Below, piece after piece: positions 12,507 through 25,885 of a stretch of DNA of 64,000 bases. Positions within the stretch are counted from its first letter, which is position 1. Each line of letters begins with the position of its first letter. The stretch is from Chrysomallon squamiferum. Taxonomy: Eukaryota > Animalia > Mollusca. The notes under the pieces were generated by a model. The model had not been told where the DNA came from. It saw only the letters and a program-made list of their open reading frames with translations, and ran no database searches. The stretch is from NCBI GenBank assembly GCA_012295275.1, contig CM022671.1:26474001-26538000 (forward strand). Direction: 5' to 3'. Position numbers and translations under genes: made by a program.

Positions 12507-12682
12507 ACTTACCCATTTTTACTAGAACAAAACCCATCACAGAAGAAAAATGAATTTGAAACAACACGTGGCAGTGACGGAAGACCAAAGCCACAGAGAT
12601 CAGCTGGAAATTTCTGGTGACTAAATTCAAAAAATCTTCACATTCATTGAATTAACTTCATTTTCATAGCACTCGCATCTCC
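12507..12682 (-). promoter_or_regulatory. TLR promoter / non-coding first-exon cassette (instance 2)
   Basis: Donor GTAAGT (12512-12507), CACGTG, TGACG, GGAAATTTCT (12606-12615) and TGACTAA. Confidence 0.5.
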
Positions 12683-14525
12683 GTAGCTTGAGTTCTTGCG
12701 AAGAGGATACTGACATAATAACCCACCACCAAGTCCAAAAATGCAAACGCAAAGATATGCCTAGCTGAATTGCGATAATCCTATAAATTTCAAGGGTTAC
12801 AAAATGTCTTTCATACACAGCTTTTTCATTATTTATTATTAAAATCTCAAACTTATATGCAAATTGCAAATATACGCACATATTTATAGACTTATTATAG
12901 TACTGACGTTTCCGACAGAAAACATTTCGGGTATGGCTGCTTTCTCAGCTGGGAGGTTCCTGAAGTGTAATATATTAGTTTATATTATTAATAAGATTAT
13001 TAACAATACATGACTAAACTTCACAGAAATCTTCACATTCATTGTGTCTTAATCTTCATTCTCATACCACTCGTATCTCTTTAGGAATAAGGAATAAGCC
13101 CCCCAGGACAAAAACCCCCATTCCAAAAATGCACAAGATACAGAAGCCCCCTCACTAGAAATCCAAAGTAGGATAAACTACCATACAAGTGAAACCCCAA
13201 GGTAGGACAAAAGTCCTCAGTGAAGAAAAAAAATTAGAACAAAAACAAACAAAAAAATAATAATAATAAAAAAAAAACCTGTGATAAAAACAAAGTAGTA
13301 CAAATGCTTCCAACCTAAACAAATATTGTTTGATATTTCCCATGACACCTAATTATCAAAATCATGGAATTTATTTAATTAGTTATTCGGTCAAGCTTTA
13401 ATAACTGACTGACTTTAAAGGTAATCCACATAACCTTAGAAAATATGAAATGATTTCGTCATGAAGTCATAATATACAATGACGTATGGAGTTTTCGTCA
13501 CCTTTTGATACTATTTTCGAAAATGATATTCAATTTTCAAAAACTTGAATTGTGATTATTATCACAGTAATTTCGTAGTAATTAATTGTGTTGATCGAAC
13601 AAACACATTAAACTGATAATCATTATTAATGCAGTTGAGATAAAGATATGTAGTATGTAGGCTTAAAGTGGTTGTTTGGAAAGTTGCTTTTTGAGAGAAC
13701 AAGGTAATTTTTTAAACAACAGTTAATAAATAAAATCTAAATTCAGCGTTTCTTAAATAAATAAATAAATAAATAAATAAATTAAATAATCAATTAATTA
13801 AACGACCTTTCGTAATTCTAATAATCTCTTCGCCTCTAACCGTCTTGCAATAAACCAGTTGTCGACAGACAAATGAATATGACACCTGAGTATGAACGAT
13901 CAAAAATAAAACCGTTGGCGAGAGTCCAAAAATGGCACCAATAGTTGGCGAGAGTCCAAAATGGCACTTTAATAAACTTAATTTAATGAATATCTGCTTA
14001 TCACAAAACGTAATTAATATCTATATATAATGAAATTTAACCGAATTAAGATCGAATAGACGTTATTTTATAAACAGTACATTGTATTCCTTCACAAGAA
14101 AAGCTGCCTTATTAAATAACAGTCATAAATGAAAATTAGAGGTGATTCTTCCTACACCTTAAATATACTGTCAAGCCAATCAGAATCAAGTACTGACCAA
14201 GTCAGTGGTGAACCATTTAGTACCGTTATTGTTTATAAACCAATAAAATGTAAACCTTCGTAATAAAGTTATGTTATTTTAACAAACTGTGATACAAGGT
14301 ATGTTTGCCGTATAACTTTACAAAATTTATTTTTGTTAAGGCATCTGTTCAGACTGTTTATAATCTTCGATATAATGCGTAGATAATTGGTAAAATATTT
14401 CTGTAACGATTTAGCAGCTCTTAATGAATACCAAATAGTTGGGTACGTGCTACCGTTATATGCTCGTTATTTATTTAAAACGACGTTAAGGATAAATATA
14501 ATATATTTAATACTTTAGATAATGA

Positions 14526-14564
<39 letters not shown>

Positions 14565-15954
14565 TTAAATTTAATAGGAGAGTTCTCATGATATGTATGT
14601 ATCTTCTTCGTGTATGTATGTGTGTGAGTATGCGTATATATATTTTTGATAATTTGACGTAGTTTATGCCGTCTTCTGGTTAGTACTTCAGAATACATCC
14701 TTCCGTAAAGGCAGTGAGCCGAATCATTGACAACGACATAGATATTGCAGGTTACCATGTACCAGCAGGGGTAAGTAGAGTGTCCTAAAATATTAAAAGG
14801 GAAAATATGAATTAACCATTAGTAGAGAAATATAGAAATATGTATACCAACACGAACAGATCACAACTGATCTCTGGAGGTTTTTTAGCCATTGAACGAC
14901 TTAATTTCTCTTTTTTTTTTTTTTTTTTTTTATTTTTATTTTTTTATTATTATTATTATTATTTTTTTTTTACAGCAGTTTCTCTGTATACTTAACATAT
15001 ATTCAATTTTAATTGTTCTTTACCTTATATTTAACACACACACACATATTTGACGTGTGTGTCTGTGTGTGTGTGTGATATTAAATATTCATTAAATAAC
15101 TAACAAACAAATTTTAATCTAAAACTAACATATATCAAAAAGAATTTGACCATGTGATTGTTTTTTTAAACATGTCTGTCTGTCTCTCTGTCTTTCTGCC
15201 TATTTATTTATTTATTTATTTATTTTTTCCAAACAGCTGATACGGCTGATACTTACCTAAAATACAATAATTTATTCTACCGTAGCTTATTTTGTATTGC
15301 ATTGTTATACATGTATATATACATTTATTTCAATAAATTTCAGCTACAATCAATTTAAACACAAAGTAACAAGAACAACAAGAATGCTGACACGCATAAC
15401 ACAAGATAGAGTTTTCGGCTCACAAAACACAAAATATATTCATTATATAATATTCCGCTGTATATGTTGAAATATCAACATGCATGTAAAATGAAGATTT
15501 TTACTGTCTATTTCTCTGAATTATTCTGTATAATGTCCTTAGTTAAACTAAATTCAGTTTTCTGAATCATCACAAACTGAATAAGACTATTTCAGACTAC
15601 AGCAGATTCAATAATAAATACTTAGAAATAATAATAATAATAATAAGACATATAAATAAAATGCACGTTTTGGTTTCTTACATTCAAACAAGACATCGAT
15701 GATCATCACTGTGGAATATACAGTGTTAGGTTAGACAGGGTCCAACTTAATGCACAGAGAGCCACTGATGAGGGTTATATTTATTAAAAGTTACTTGTTG
15801 GTCACTTGGCGAGAGTTAAAAAATGGCACAAATAAATAACGAGCTTCCTTTTCTCCAAGCTTTAGGTAACCTGCTTCAATTAGCGAAGTATTCCAGGTTA
15901 ATATGTATATTACTATTCTTGTTATCTACGTTTCTCTGTTTTGTTCCTGGTTAT

Positions 15955-17125
15955 TTCAGACATTTACAGCGTCCTAGTTTTCTCTGTGTTTGACTTGGCT
16001 TACTGAAAACAGGCTGATAGCGAGCTGCATAGAACCATTCAAGCCTGAACTCTTTTGTCAATGATAAATATATCACAACAAAACATACAGAGTTGTAAAG
16101 TTTGAATTCTAGCACGTAGTCCTGCGGTTCTATTCAGCTAGTAGATACCTAGGATGTTTGCTGGAATACAACACATTAGAAGCGTCTGTGACATTTTATA
16201 GGGAACATAGTCATTACATAATATTTTGTTGTTTTTATTGAAATATCAGTACATATTCACAATAATGGTTTTTACTGTCCATTTCTGCTAGTTGTTGTGT
16301 GTCACGCATAATGAAAGAGATTGCTAAAATAAGAACAAAATATTTAACAGTGGGATGTTAGTTTGTAATCATTTAGACATACTGTTTAAATTTCAGTGAT
16401 GAGCAAAGAATTTTGTTTTCTTTTCTTTCCCATTGAGTTCGCGTTACATGAACGAGTAATATCAGTAAAAAGGTCTGATATGATTGCGGCAACGAAGCAC
16501 TACAGTCGGTGTGAATATTTAGCTGCCTTAACATTCCTAATTTATTCTCCTAATTCGTTTCATGTGAGATACCTGACTCGAAGCTTTAATTAACTTGTGC
16601 TTGTTCTCATTATGTACATTACTATTAAGTTTTATCAGTTAATTATGCCGTATTTTTGTGCTTTTGGAAATGTAGGGTGATAAACAAATCTCTCACAAAC
16701 AACAACAACAACAAACAAAAAAATTAAAACAAATAATAATAATTAAATTAAAATAAATAAACCAAAAATTAAAGAAAAAATATCTAAAATAAATAATCAA
16801 GCTATTTATTTAGTTTGGTTTGTTCAGACCACGTCAGTTTTAAACAATAAACACATCGTACACATGTAAATCTTTTCACAGACCTCATCTTTAACATTGT
16901 TAATGAAGTGTGTGTCATCAACACCAATCTTCCTCACATGTTTCTGAAACTGACACTAAACTGACAACAACAGATTAAAAGTGACGTAAAGCTACATTAG
17001 GGTATTATCGGAAATCGATATTTTATTACTATTATTGCTGTTGTTATCTGTTTTTTCCTTCGTTATTTCATTGCTTTAAGTTTTTTTAAAATATCGTTAA
17101 GGAAACTTTCATGATAACTATAGCT
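15955..17125 (-). pseudogene. Orphan, diverged TLR 5'-flank/intron block with no coding exon
   Basis: Diverged homolog of ~8028-9195 (catttacagcgt...gagctgcat...accattcaagcc...aacagattaaaagtgacgtaaagct), truncated at both ends. Confidence 0.55.
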
Positions 17126-17723
17126 ATGATCATCACTATGGAAACTCTAGTGTCAGGTTAGGCATGGAACGCCTGTAGTGATAGTGGTATTTGTTAAAAT
17201 TACAATTAAAATGTTTACTTTTTATTTTTCTTATTGTTGCCAGGATTTAGAGCTTTCGGTGTGTTCTCAACACTAAGACAGAGGATTCTTGTCCTCAAAA
17301 ACCTTAATTTGAAAAAGAGGTTCTTTACAACAAGGATGGTTTCCTTCACTTTCTATTTAGGAAAATACATATATTATTATAGTTCATAGAGGACAATTTT
17401 AGTTTATTACAGATCAACTCAATACATTAATCTCGTACTGGTGTAAAATAAACTCGAAAGATTTAATTTTTGAAATAATTAACTTTGATCTTCGGTTTAA
17501 AGTTTCAGTTTGTTTTCATTTCTTATTTCATAAATAGAAACAAGCTTAGTCTGACACCAGAAAGATGGTAAGGAAATATTTTCAGAGTAAATTTTAATTT
17601 GTGGTCAGGCAAATTACTTTTTTTTTTTTTTCTACTAGTATGCAGGTTTCATTTCTTACTCATTTATAATTAATAGCTTAAAATGTATGTATGAATATAT
17701 TTATGAATGCACATGTTTCTATG

Positions 17724-17759
<36 letters not shown>

Positions 17760-18869
17760 TGTATTTGTGTGTGTGTGTGTGTGTGTGTCTGTATATGTAT
17801 ATATAAAGGTTTATGATAATAAATCTAAAAAGCGTGCAGTAATCAAATGTTGAAAAATCTCTATAAAAGCACTACTGTTCGCTTAGTTTAGTAATTTAGA
17901 GTCTAGTTTCGTTCTTACTTGGTTTTAGACATGCTGTAAAATTCACGGTATACATACTGAACTCATACATAATTTAATTTACTTAGTATAAAATTTAAAT
18001 TATTTCATTTATTTATTATGGTATTAAACTATTTCACTTAAATATTGTGATATGACATTATTTCAGTCTTGCATCTTTTATTTACCGTGATCCATTAATA
18101 AATAAATAAATTTCATTGACTGTGGCTTTAAAAATGTAGTTATTCTTACAGAGGAGAATGAACATAGTAACGTTTAACATCTACGAAATATTCTTCACTT
18201 TATGTACCACTAATATTTACAAAATTCAGATTTAAGATGTAATAAAGTAGAGAAAAGTAAGTAGAGTTTGACACTTTATTTACTAGTATGTGTTATTGAA
18301 AAAGTTTTACTGAAAAATAAAACAAACACATAAAAGATAAGTAAAAAGTCATGGTAATGGTTCAAATCATATTTAAAAAGAAAAACTGCAAAAGAAAAAT
18401 ACAGTAAACAAATCAAAGCAGAAGTTATTTTACATGAATTGATTATTATATTATTTTTACAAACTGATTATTAATATTAACTATTGCAATTTCTTAAGGT
18501 CAAATGTCATATTAAATACAAAGTATAAATACTAAAACTATTACTACTACTACTACTACTAAAATAAATGTTTATTCGTTCGTTTCACGACTTTTATATC
18601 TCCGAATTGTGAATGTTCATTGAACTAATCCTTGTTCTTCCCGAGAAGCTGTTCTGGGATGATCAAGAATTTGCTTTTTTTTATTTTATTTTTTTTTTTT
18701 TTTTTACTTTACTTCTGTAATATTCTCACAGTTTCCTTCCGTTATGTACAAGCAGCTCGAGAATCCTCTGGCGCAGAAAGGTTGACACGGATATTTGGAT
18801 GGATATCACTGGTTGTCTCAGCTCTTCTCCGCCACAACACACTCGAATTAATAAACAAATAACTAATTC

Positions 18870-21368
18870 TCAACATATAAGACGAACGAAAGATTCCCAT
18901 GATTCCTCATTATCTTGATCCGGAATTGGAATAATTCTGTCTTCGTCCACAGCACACAGAATACAGTTTGGAATCTCACAAACTCGTCCGGCCTCTCTTA
19001 GAATGATGACTCGGGAAGGAGTTTGCCATGTCACCACGCCGATTCCAACTTGAATTTGATACCACGACCACCTATCCTCCAAATAATTTTGTGTAAAAAG
19101 AAAAACAGTTTTCCAGCTGTTGTTTATTCCAAACATTATACCTTCAGCGATATTTTCTCCTGGTACAGAGTTTTTGTCGTGTAAGTACACAGAGTAGCCG
19201 TAGTCTCTTTCTAACTTTGCTCCTATATCCAGACAAGCTTGTCGCCAGTCGTGTTCAGCGTAGCAGAGACATACATCAAACATGAAATCTTTTCTCGTTG
19301 GACACATTCCACATTTTCGAAGAACATTTTTAAAGAAATATATTATTTGTGTTTTATGTTTAATCGCGAGGAAGAACAATGCGGAACCTAATACCGTAAA
19401 TACAAACAATGGAAGAGCAACCATAAACCAAATCTGCCCAATACAACTTTGCCATAAATGTTCTGCGTTGTAGTCCATCACAGAAACAAGCGATCCGTTT
19501 TCAGTGGTGCACGAATATGATTTTCTGTTAACTGTATAATTATTATCTTGTAACCAAGAAAGGAACAACACACTTTCCCCACAAATGCAGATAAATCTGT
19601 TTTCTGACAAATCGAATTTAAACGTTTTCTTTACGTTAAGATAATGTTTGTCCAGTGAACTGGTCGTCGATTCTTCGATATAACTGACTTTGTTGCGATT
19701 CATTTTTAAAGAGAGCAAATTTGGACAATTGTTAATGTCGAAAGGAATAGTAATGAAATTGTTGTTTGATAAAATCAGAATCTGAAGATTACGATTGTCT
19801 TTAAATATATCTGGCGGAAGACGGCTTATTTTGTTACCAGAAATATCTAGAAAAATTAGATTTCTAAGATTTTGAAACAGTCGTCTGCCATAAATATAGA
19901 AATAATCATCAGGAAGCGATACGTCATTTAAGTACAGGTTTTCCAAACTTGGAAATGTGTCAAAAAATGAAGTTTTAAGTGTCATGTGATTATTGTATCC
20001 CAGTTTTAAGGTTGTTAAGTTGTTTAGACCTGTGATACTGCCTTCTAATGTCACGTATTCATACTGTTGCAGTGACAGTGTCTTTAGAACATTGTCATCT
20101 GAAATTCTCAGTGTTGCGCCAAGACTAAGATCTACTTCTAATGAATAGGCATCAGCAATTACAGTTTGTAATCTTTTCGGGAGAAAATAAACTATACTAT
20201 CTTGAAACATCAGGGTATTTGTAAAGAAAGATACATTTCTTTGAAACAACATATTTTTATTTTTATTTGGATGAAAGCAGGTAAAACCAGAAATATCAAG
20301 ATATTCCAAGTTCTCAAGATTCATTACCATGGACAATAATTTATAGCTGCTGTACTTATAATCGCCAAAAAACGCGTTTTCGTGTAAATTAATTCTCTTA
20401 ATACATTTACTGAAGATATTCTTACGAAATAATCTTGTTGCATTAACATACAGAAGGTGGTTTTCAGAAAGATCTAACTCTGAGACACAGATGTTTTCTA
20501 AATACTTCAGATTTTCTGGAACAAGTTGTTGATCATATATCGTCTTGGTAACTTTAACTCCTTCCAACTTCATATTCCTGAAATTTAAAGTAGACATATT
20601 GAATCCTTGCAAGCCGTAAAGTGAAAAGAGTGCAGCGTGCATACCGAGGTCCCTGTCGCCTTCTAAATTAAGTTTGTTTAGATGTTTCAAAGGGGCAAAC
20701 GCATTTGCTTGTATTTCCGAAATATCACTACAAAATGACAAGTCTAAAACTGTTAAGTTTGTAGATGTAAACGTTGAGAACGACTCATTAGACAGGATCC
20801 TAATGTTACAGTTAGCAGATTTACCCGATAAATTTAACAGTCTAAGCCGAACCAACGATTGGAATCCAGATGGGAAAATCACGTTTGAAAAACTGTCTAT
20901 CGTCAGTTCTTGTAGATTCTGTAAGGATTGGAATATCTCATCCGGGTACTGACCAGTTTCGCTGTTGAAAGCTATGTTTAGGATTTGTAGGTTGATTAAA
21001 GGTCTGAATACAGATTTTGGGAAAGATTTGTAATCATATTTCAAACTGTTAACACTCAGATCAAGAATGGTGAGGTTTTGACAAGACACGAATAGATTCT
21101 TCGGTAGACGTTTTAATCCATTTCGAGAAAGGTTCAGATAAACAAGTGATGAGTAGTTGAAATCTTCAGGGTTTAAGATTAATGTATTACCACTGAGATC
21201 CAAGGCTACTATGTTCTTGTTCAGCCTGGGAACACGTTGTAGATTTCTCCCATGACAGTCAGCAAATAAACCTCCGTATCTTGTTGAGTTCCTAATGGAA
21301 CAATTGACTGTTGCATTCTCAGTTGTAGCAAATGCGACAGAAATGAGAAATCCGAGGATTGTTAAAAC
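18870..21368 (-). CDS. TLR: Toll-like receptor, copy 3 (main exon)
   Basis: Same LRR-LRRCT-TM-TIR architecture. In frame to the acceptor at 21368 (2499 nt). Has an in-frame 3-nt deletion in the signal peptide (VLTILGFLISVAFA). BB loop HDKNSVPG. Confidence 0.95.
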   Translation of the reverse strand, partial: VLTILGFLISVAFATTENATVNCSIRNSTRYGGLFADCHGRNLQRVPRLNKNIVALDLSGNTLILNPEDFNYSSLVYLNLSRNGLKRLPKNLFVSCQNLTILDLSVNSLKYDYKSFPKSVFRPLINLQILNIAFNSETGQYPDEIFQSLQNLQELTIDSFSNVIFPSGFQSLVRLRLLNLSGKSANCNIRILSNESFSTFTSTNLTVLDLSFCSDISEIQANAFAPLKHLNKLNLEGDRDLGMHAALFSLYGLQGFNMSTLNFRNMKLEGVKVTKTIYDQQLVPENLKYLENICVSELDLSENHLLYVNATRLFRKNIFSKCIKRINLHENAFFGDYKYSSYKLLSMVMNLENLEYLDISGFTCFHPNKNKNMLFQRNVSFFTNTLMFQDSIVYFLPKRLQTVIADAYSLEVDLSLGATLRISDDNVLKTLSLQQYEYVTLEGSITGLNNLTTLKLGYNNHMTLKTSFFDTFPSLENLYLNDVSLPDDYFYIYGRRLFQNLRNLIFLDISGNKISRLPPDIFKDNRNLQILILSNNNFITIPFDINNCPNLLSLKMNRNKVSYIEESTTSSLDKHYLNVKKTFKFDLSENRFICICGESVLFLSWLQDNNYTVNRKSYSCTTENGSLVSVMDYNAEHLWQSCIGQIWFMVALPLFVFTVLGSALFFLAIKHKTQIIYFFKNVLRKCGMCPTRKDFMFDVCLCYAEHDWRQACLDIGAKLERDYGYSVYLHDKNSVPGENIAEGIMFGINNSWKTVFLFTQNYLEDRWSWYQIQVGIGVVTWQTPSRVIILREAGRVCEIPNCILCAVDEDRIIPIPDQDNEESWESFVRLIC

Positions 21369-21520
21369 CTGAATAAATATATTTTAAAAATTGTTATTAG
21401 AAAATGTTCTTCATAAAATAATTATTTGAATGATCGAGAATGATCCATTTTTACTTTGCATTTATACGTAATTATTTATGAAATATCATGTATCGATAAC
21501 AAACAGAAATAAAGACTTAC

Positions 21521-21535
21521 ACAGATAGTCGTCAT
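21521..21535 (-). CDS. Proximal ATG leader exon (MTTIC) of TLR copy 3
   Basis: ATG ACG ACT ATC TGT|GTAAGT, phase 0. Confidence 0.65.
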
Positions 21536-22995
21536 AACTTCGTGAAAACTGCCATATACGTTTTCAGTCATTTACAGCGTTCTAGATTTCAGTACGTTTC
21601 AATTTGCTTAGTGATAACAGGGTACAGTGAGCTGCATATAACCATTCAAGCCCGAACTCCTTTATAAATGATAATTATATCACAACAAAACATGCAAGTT
21701 TGTACAGTTTGAGTTCTATCGCGTAGTCCTGCGGTTCTGTTCAACAGGTAGATACTTATGATCAATGCATTTAAAACAGAAAACAGTATACAACACATAA
21801 GAAGCGTAGGTGACATTTTAAGGAAAATATATTCATTATGTAATATTTTGATGTATTTATTGAAATATTAACACATATTCACAATAAAGATTGATACTGT
21901 CCGTTTCTGTCAGTTCTTGTGTGTTCGAAATAATGAAAGAGTTGTTAAAACGACAATAAATATTTAACAGTGGCATGTTAGTTTGTACTCATTTAGATAT
22001 ATTGTTTAAATTTCAGCGATAAGCAATGAATGTTTTTTTTTTCTTTCTTTCTTTGTTTCCCCCAGTGTGTTCGCCTTAGATGATAAAGTAATGCCAGTAA
22101 AAACGGCTCATTTGTTTATGGTAACAAACTACTGCTGCTATAGTAGTCTGAATGAATATTTAGCTGCCTAAAAATCCCTAATTTATTCTCCTAATTCGTT
22201 TCATTTGGAATACCTCCATCCGAAAGCTGTAATTAAATCGTGCTTGTTCTCAATTTGTGTAACACTTTTAATTTTAGGAGCAAACGAAACCTTTGTTTTT
22301 GTTGTTTTTTGTTGTTTTCATGTGGTACTGAAGGATGATAAATAAATCTCTTGTCAACAACAACAACGACAAATTAGAAAAAAAGCTTAAATAAATAATC
22401 AAGCTATTTGTTTTGTCTGTTTAAGAACAAAACAGACCACCTCAATTGTAAACAAAAATCCATCGCGCTTAATTAAATTTTTTCACACACTTTCAACATT
22501 ATTAATGAAGGCTGTGTCTTCAACACCAAAGTTTTGCAATTGGTACTGAAGTGACATCAACAGATTAAAAGTGACGTAAAGCTTCATCCGCACTATCGGA
22601 AATCGATATTTTAATGCGATTAGAGTTGTTGTTATACATTTTTATCAATTTTGTTCTTTGTTATTTCGCTGCTTTAAGTTTTGAAATATCGTGAAGGTAA
22701 ACTATCACGACAACTACAGCTATTTTAATTTCTCGTCGATGTTTTGTTATCGAGTCCATCAATCGCGATCTGTCGGTAAATCGTTCTGTTGTATCTCCTA
22801 GTTGTAAACGTGGACACCAATGTCATCTGACGTGACTTTCAGTTAAAGTATAGAAAAATGGAAATACGGAGATAATGTTCAAATAAAATGATTTTGAAGT
22901 GAATTGATTCAAAATATCAAGTTAACTTTGATGTTGTTATATCCAATAGTAAGTGTTTTAAAAGAGCAGCAACAAATATAAATAAATGAACTTAC

Positions 22996-23010
22996 CGAAG
23001 GAATCAACAT
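22996..23010 (-). CDS. Alternative ATG leader exon (MLIPS) for TLR copy 3
   Basis: ATG TTG ATT CCT TCG|GTAAGT, phase 0. Confidence 0.45.
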
Positions 23011-23636
23011 TGTCCGTTAGAGGTCGCACAGTTCATCAGTGATTTGTTGGGAAAATATCGTTAAGTTCGGACTGGTGTAATTTCAGTTTAAAAGCAAACA
23101 GGTGATTTGTGATTTCGCAAAAAATCTCTTTCCTTGTTGCCTTCTGCTTTTCTTGTGGACCTTTACACGACTTTGTGTCTGGATTTAGTTTGTGTAGTAA
23201 TAGTTACCGATGATTAACCATAAACCCGAATATAATGTGAGAAGAGCAAATCTGAAAACCTATTATCAGATGTGGCTGTACATTCAACTGAGATGGCATG
23301 TCTACACAAGACGTGCTGTACTACACAGACTATTTGATATACTCTAGTAATTATTTTTAAAATTGTGTCAGAGGTCTGAACAATTCAACAGATAGAACTG
23401 ATGACGTTTTCCAGTTCATTGCGTTTAATGAATAACAATTATGGCAACATAATCTGGTTTTTTGATTTGGTTTAAGATATCTTGATATCGATTTTTTTTT
23501 TTTTTTTTTTGTGGGTTTTATTACTATATTATTTTTTTTTTTTTCTATGTAATTTTTCTTTGTTTTCGCCTTTGTTGGAGACAATCTGTCATTTAGCTGT
23601 TCGGAGAGTTTCATGATATAGTTTGCTAAAAAATAA

Positions 23637-23816
23637 ACTTACCTATTTTTACTAGTACAAAAATCATCAGAGAAATTAAATGAATTTGAAACAGCACGTG
23701 ACAGTGACGGAAGACCAAGGAGACAGAGATCAGCTGGAAATTTCTGGTGACTAAATTTCACAAAATCTTCACATTCATTGTGTTTTAACTTCATTTTCAT
23801 ACCACTCGCATGTCCG
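23637..23816 (-). promoter_or_regulatory. TLR promoter / non-coding first-exon cassette (instance 3)
   Basis: Donor AG|GTAAGT, CACGTG, TGACG, GGAAATTTCT (23736-23745) and TGACTAA. Confidence 0.5.
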
Positions 23817-24505
23817 TTAAATTAAAACAAATAATAATAATAATTAAAGTAAAATAAATAAACCAAAAATTAAAGAAAAAATATCTAAAAGAAATAATCA
23901 AGCTATTTATTTAGTTTGGTTAAGAACAAAAAGTTGGTTTGTTCAGACCACGTCAATTTTAAGCAATAAACACATCGTGCACATTTAAATCTTTTCACAG
24001 ACCGCATCTTTAACATTGTTAATGAAGTGTGTGTCATCAACACCAATCTTCCTCACATGGTTCTGCAACTGACACTAAACTGACAACAACAGATTAAAAG
24101 TGACGTAAAGCTAAATTCGGGTATTATCGGAAATCGGTATTTTATTACTATTATTGCTGTTGTTATCTGTTTTTTCCTTCGTTATTTCATTGCTTTAAGT
24201 TTTTTTTTAAATATCGTTAAGAAAACTTGTATGATAACTATAGCTATTTTAATTTCTCGTCGATGCACTGTTATCGAGTCCATCAATTGCGATCCGTCGG
24301 AGAATCGTTCTGTTGTATCTCCTTGCTGTGAGTGTGCACCTTCAGTTAAAGTATAGAAAAATGGAAAGGCGAAGATAAAAATTGAAAGAAAATTACTTTG
24401 AGTGCATTAAGTAACAATATCGAGTTTACTTTCACGTTGTTATAAACACTAATAAGAACATGTATATTAAAGTAACAGCAAAAAAATATCAATAAGTAAA
24501 CTTAC

Positions 24506-24520
24506 CGAAAGAATCAACAT
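24506..24520 (-). CDS. Alternative ATG leader exon (MLILS) for TLR copy 3
   Basis: ATG TTG ATT CTT TCG|GTAAGT, conserved although the surrounding block is clearly diverged. Confidence 0.5.
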
Positions 24521-25210
24521 AGTTCGTTAAAGGTCGCACGAATGACTTGTTGGTGAAATATCGTTAACTCCGCACTGCTCACATTTCAGTTTGAAAGCAA
24601 ACAGGAGATCTGTGATTCAGCTTATCTTGTGTACTAGTGCACGATTTGTATATGGATTTAGCTTGTATAATAATAGTTAGCGATCAAAGTAATGTGAGAA
24701 GAGCAAATTTTAAAACATGGTGAAGCTTCGCTGTATAGTCATCTAACATGCATAACAACACAAAACGTTAATCAATACGTCTGTACAGTATTCCATAATG
24801 TATTCATTCTTGTCTAGTAGTTATTTTTGAAATAGTGTCCGAACAACTGTTTAAATATACGAAAAGTACATTTTGTTTTGCGTTTGTTCTTCTTTTTCTT
24901 ATTCTTAGTCTTATTTATTGTTTTATTTAATTATTATTATTATTACTATTTTGTTTATTAACTTATTTATTTATTGCTGAGGGTTTTAATTATATTGCAG
25001 TATTTGTGTGCAGTTAGACTTGATCACTTCTTCCAGTCATTGCTTTTAAAGAACAACAGTTATGACAACAATATCTGACTTAGCAATTGGTTTACAATGT
25101 CTTTATATTCCTTTTCTTTCTTTCTTTCTTTTCAACTTGGCTTTTACATCGGAACAGACTGCCATTTATTTGTTTGTAAAGTCACGTGATGCAGTTTCCT
25201 GAAAAAATCA

Positions 25211-25390
25211 ACTTACCTATTTTTACTAGTACAAGAATCATAAGAGAAATTAAATGAATTTGAAACAGCACGTGACAGTGACGGAAAACCAAGGAAACAG
25301 AGATCAGCTGGAAATTTCTGGTGATTAAATTTCACAAAATCTTCACTTTCATTGTGTTTTAACTTCTTTTTCATAGCACTCGCATCTCCG
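25211..25390 (-). promoter_or_regulatory. TLR promoter / non-coding first-exon cassette (instance 4)
   Basis: Donor AG|GTAAGT, CACGTG, TGACG and GGAAATTTCT (25310-25319). Confidence 0.5.
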
Positions 25391-25834
25391 TATCTTGTGT
25401 TGTTGCATAGGAGATACGCACATAAGCCCCTCAGTACAGATGCCCTCCCCAGTAGAAAAACAAATGATTAAATAAATAAATTAATTAAAAATTTAAATGA
25501 CCTTTCGTAAGTCTAGTAATCTCTTTGCCTCTAAAATGCTTGCAATAAAACAGCTGTCGATAGACAATTGAATATGACGCATGTGAACGATCACATAAAA
25601 ATATTCGTTACTCGGAGAGAGATGAAAAATGGCATAAATAAATAACGGCGCCCTTTTCTCCAAGTTTCATGTAGTCTACATAAATTAGCGAAATATGTAT
25701 ATTACCTGATTTTTTAACATACATAGGAGCTGGAAAAAAAAAATTCAATGTCGTTAGTTGTACTGAATTCAGTATTCTGAATCACCACAAACTGAATCAG
25801 ACTATTTTAGATTTCATTAAGAGCTTTTACAAAC

Positions 25835-25885
<51 letters not shown>

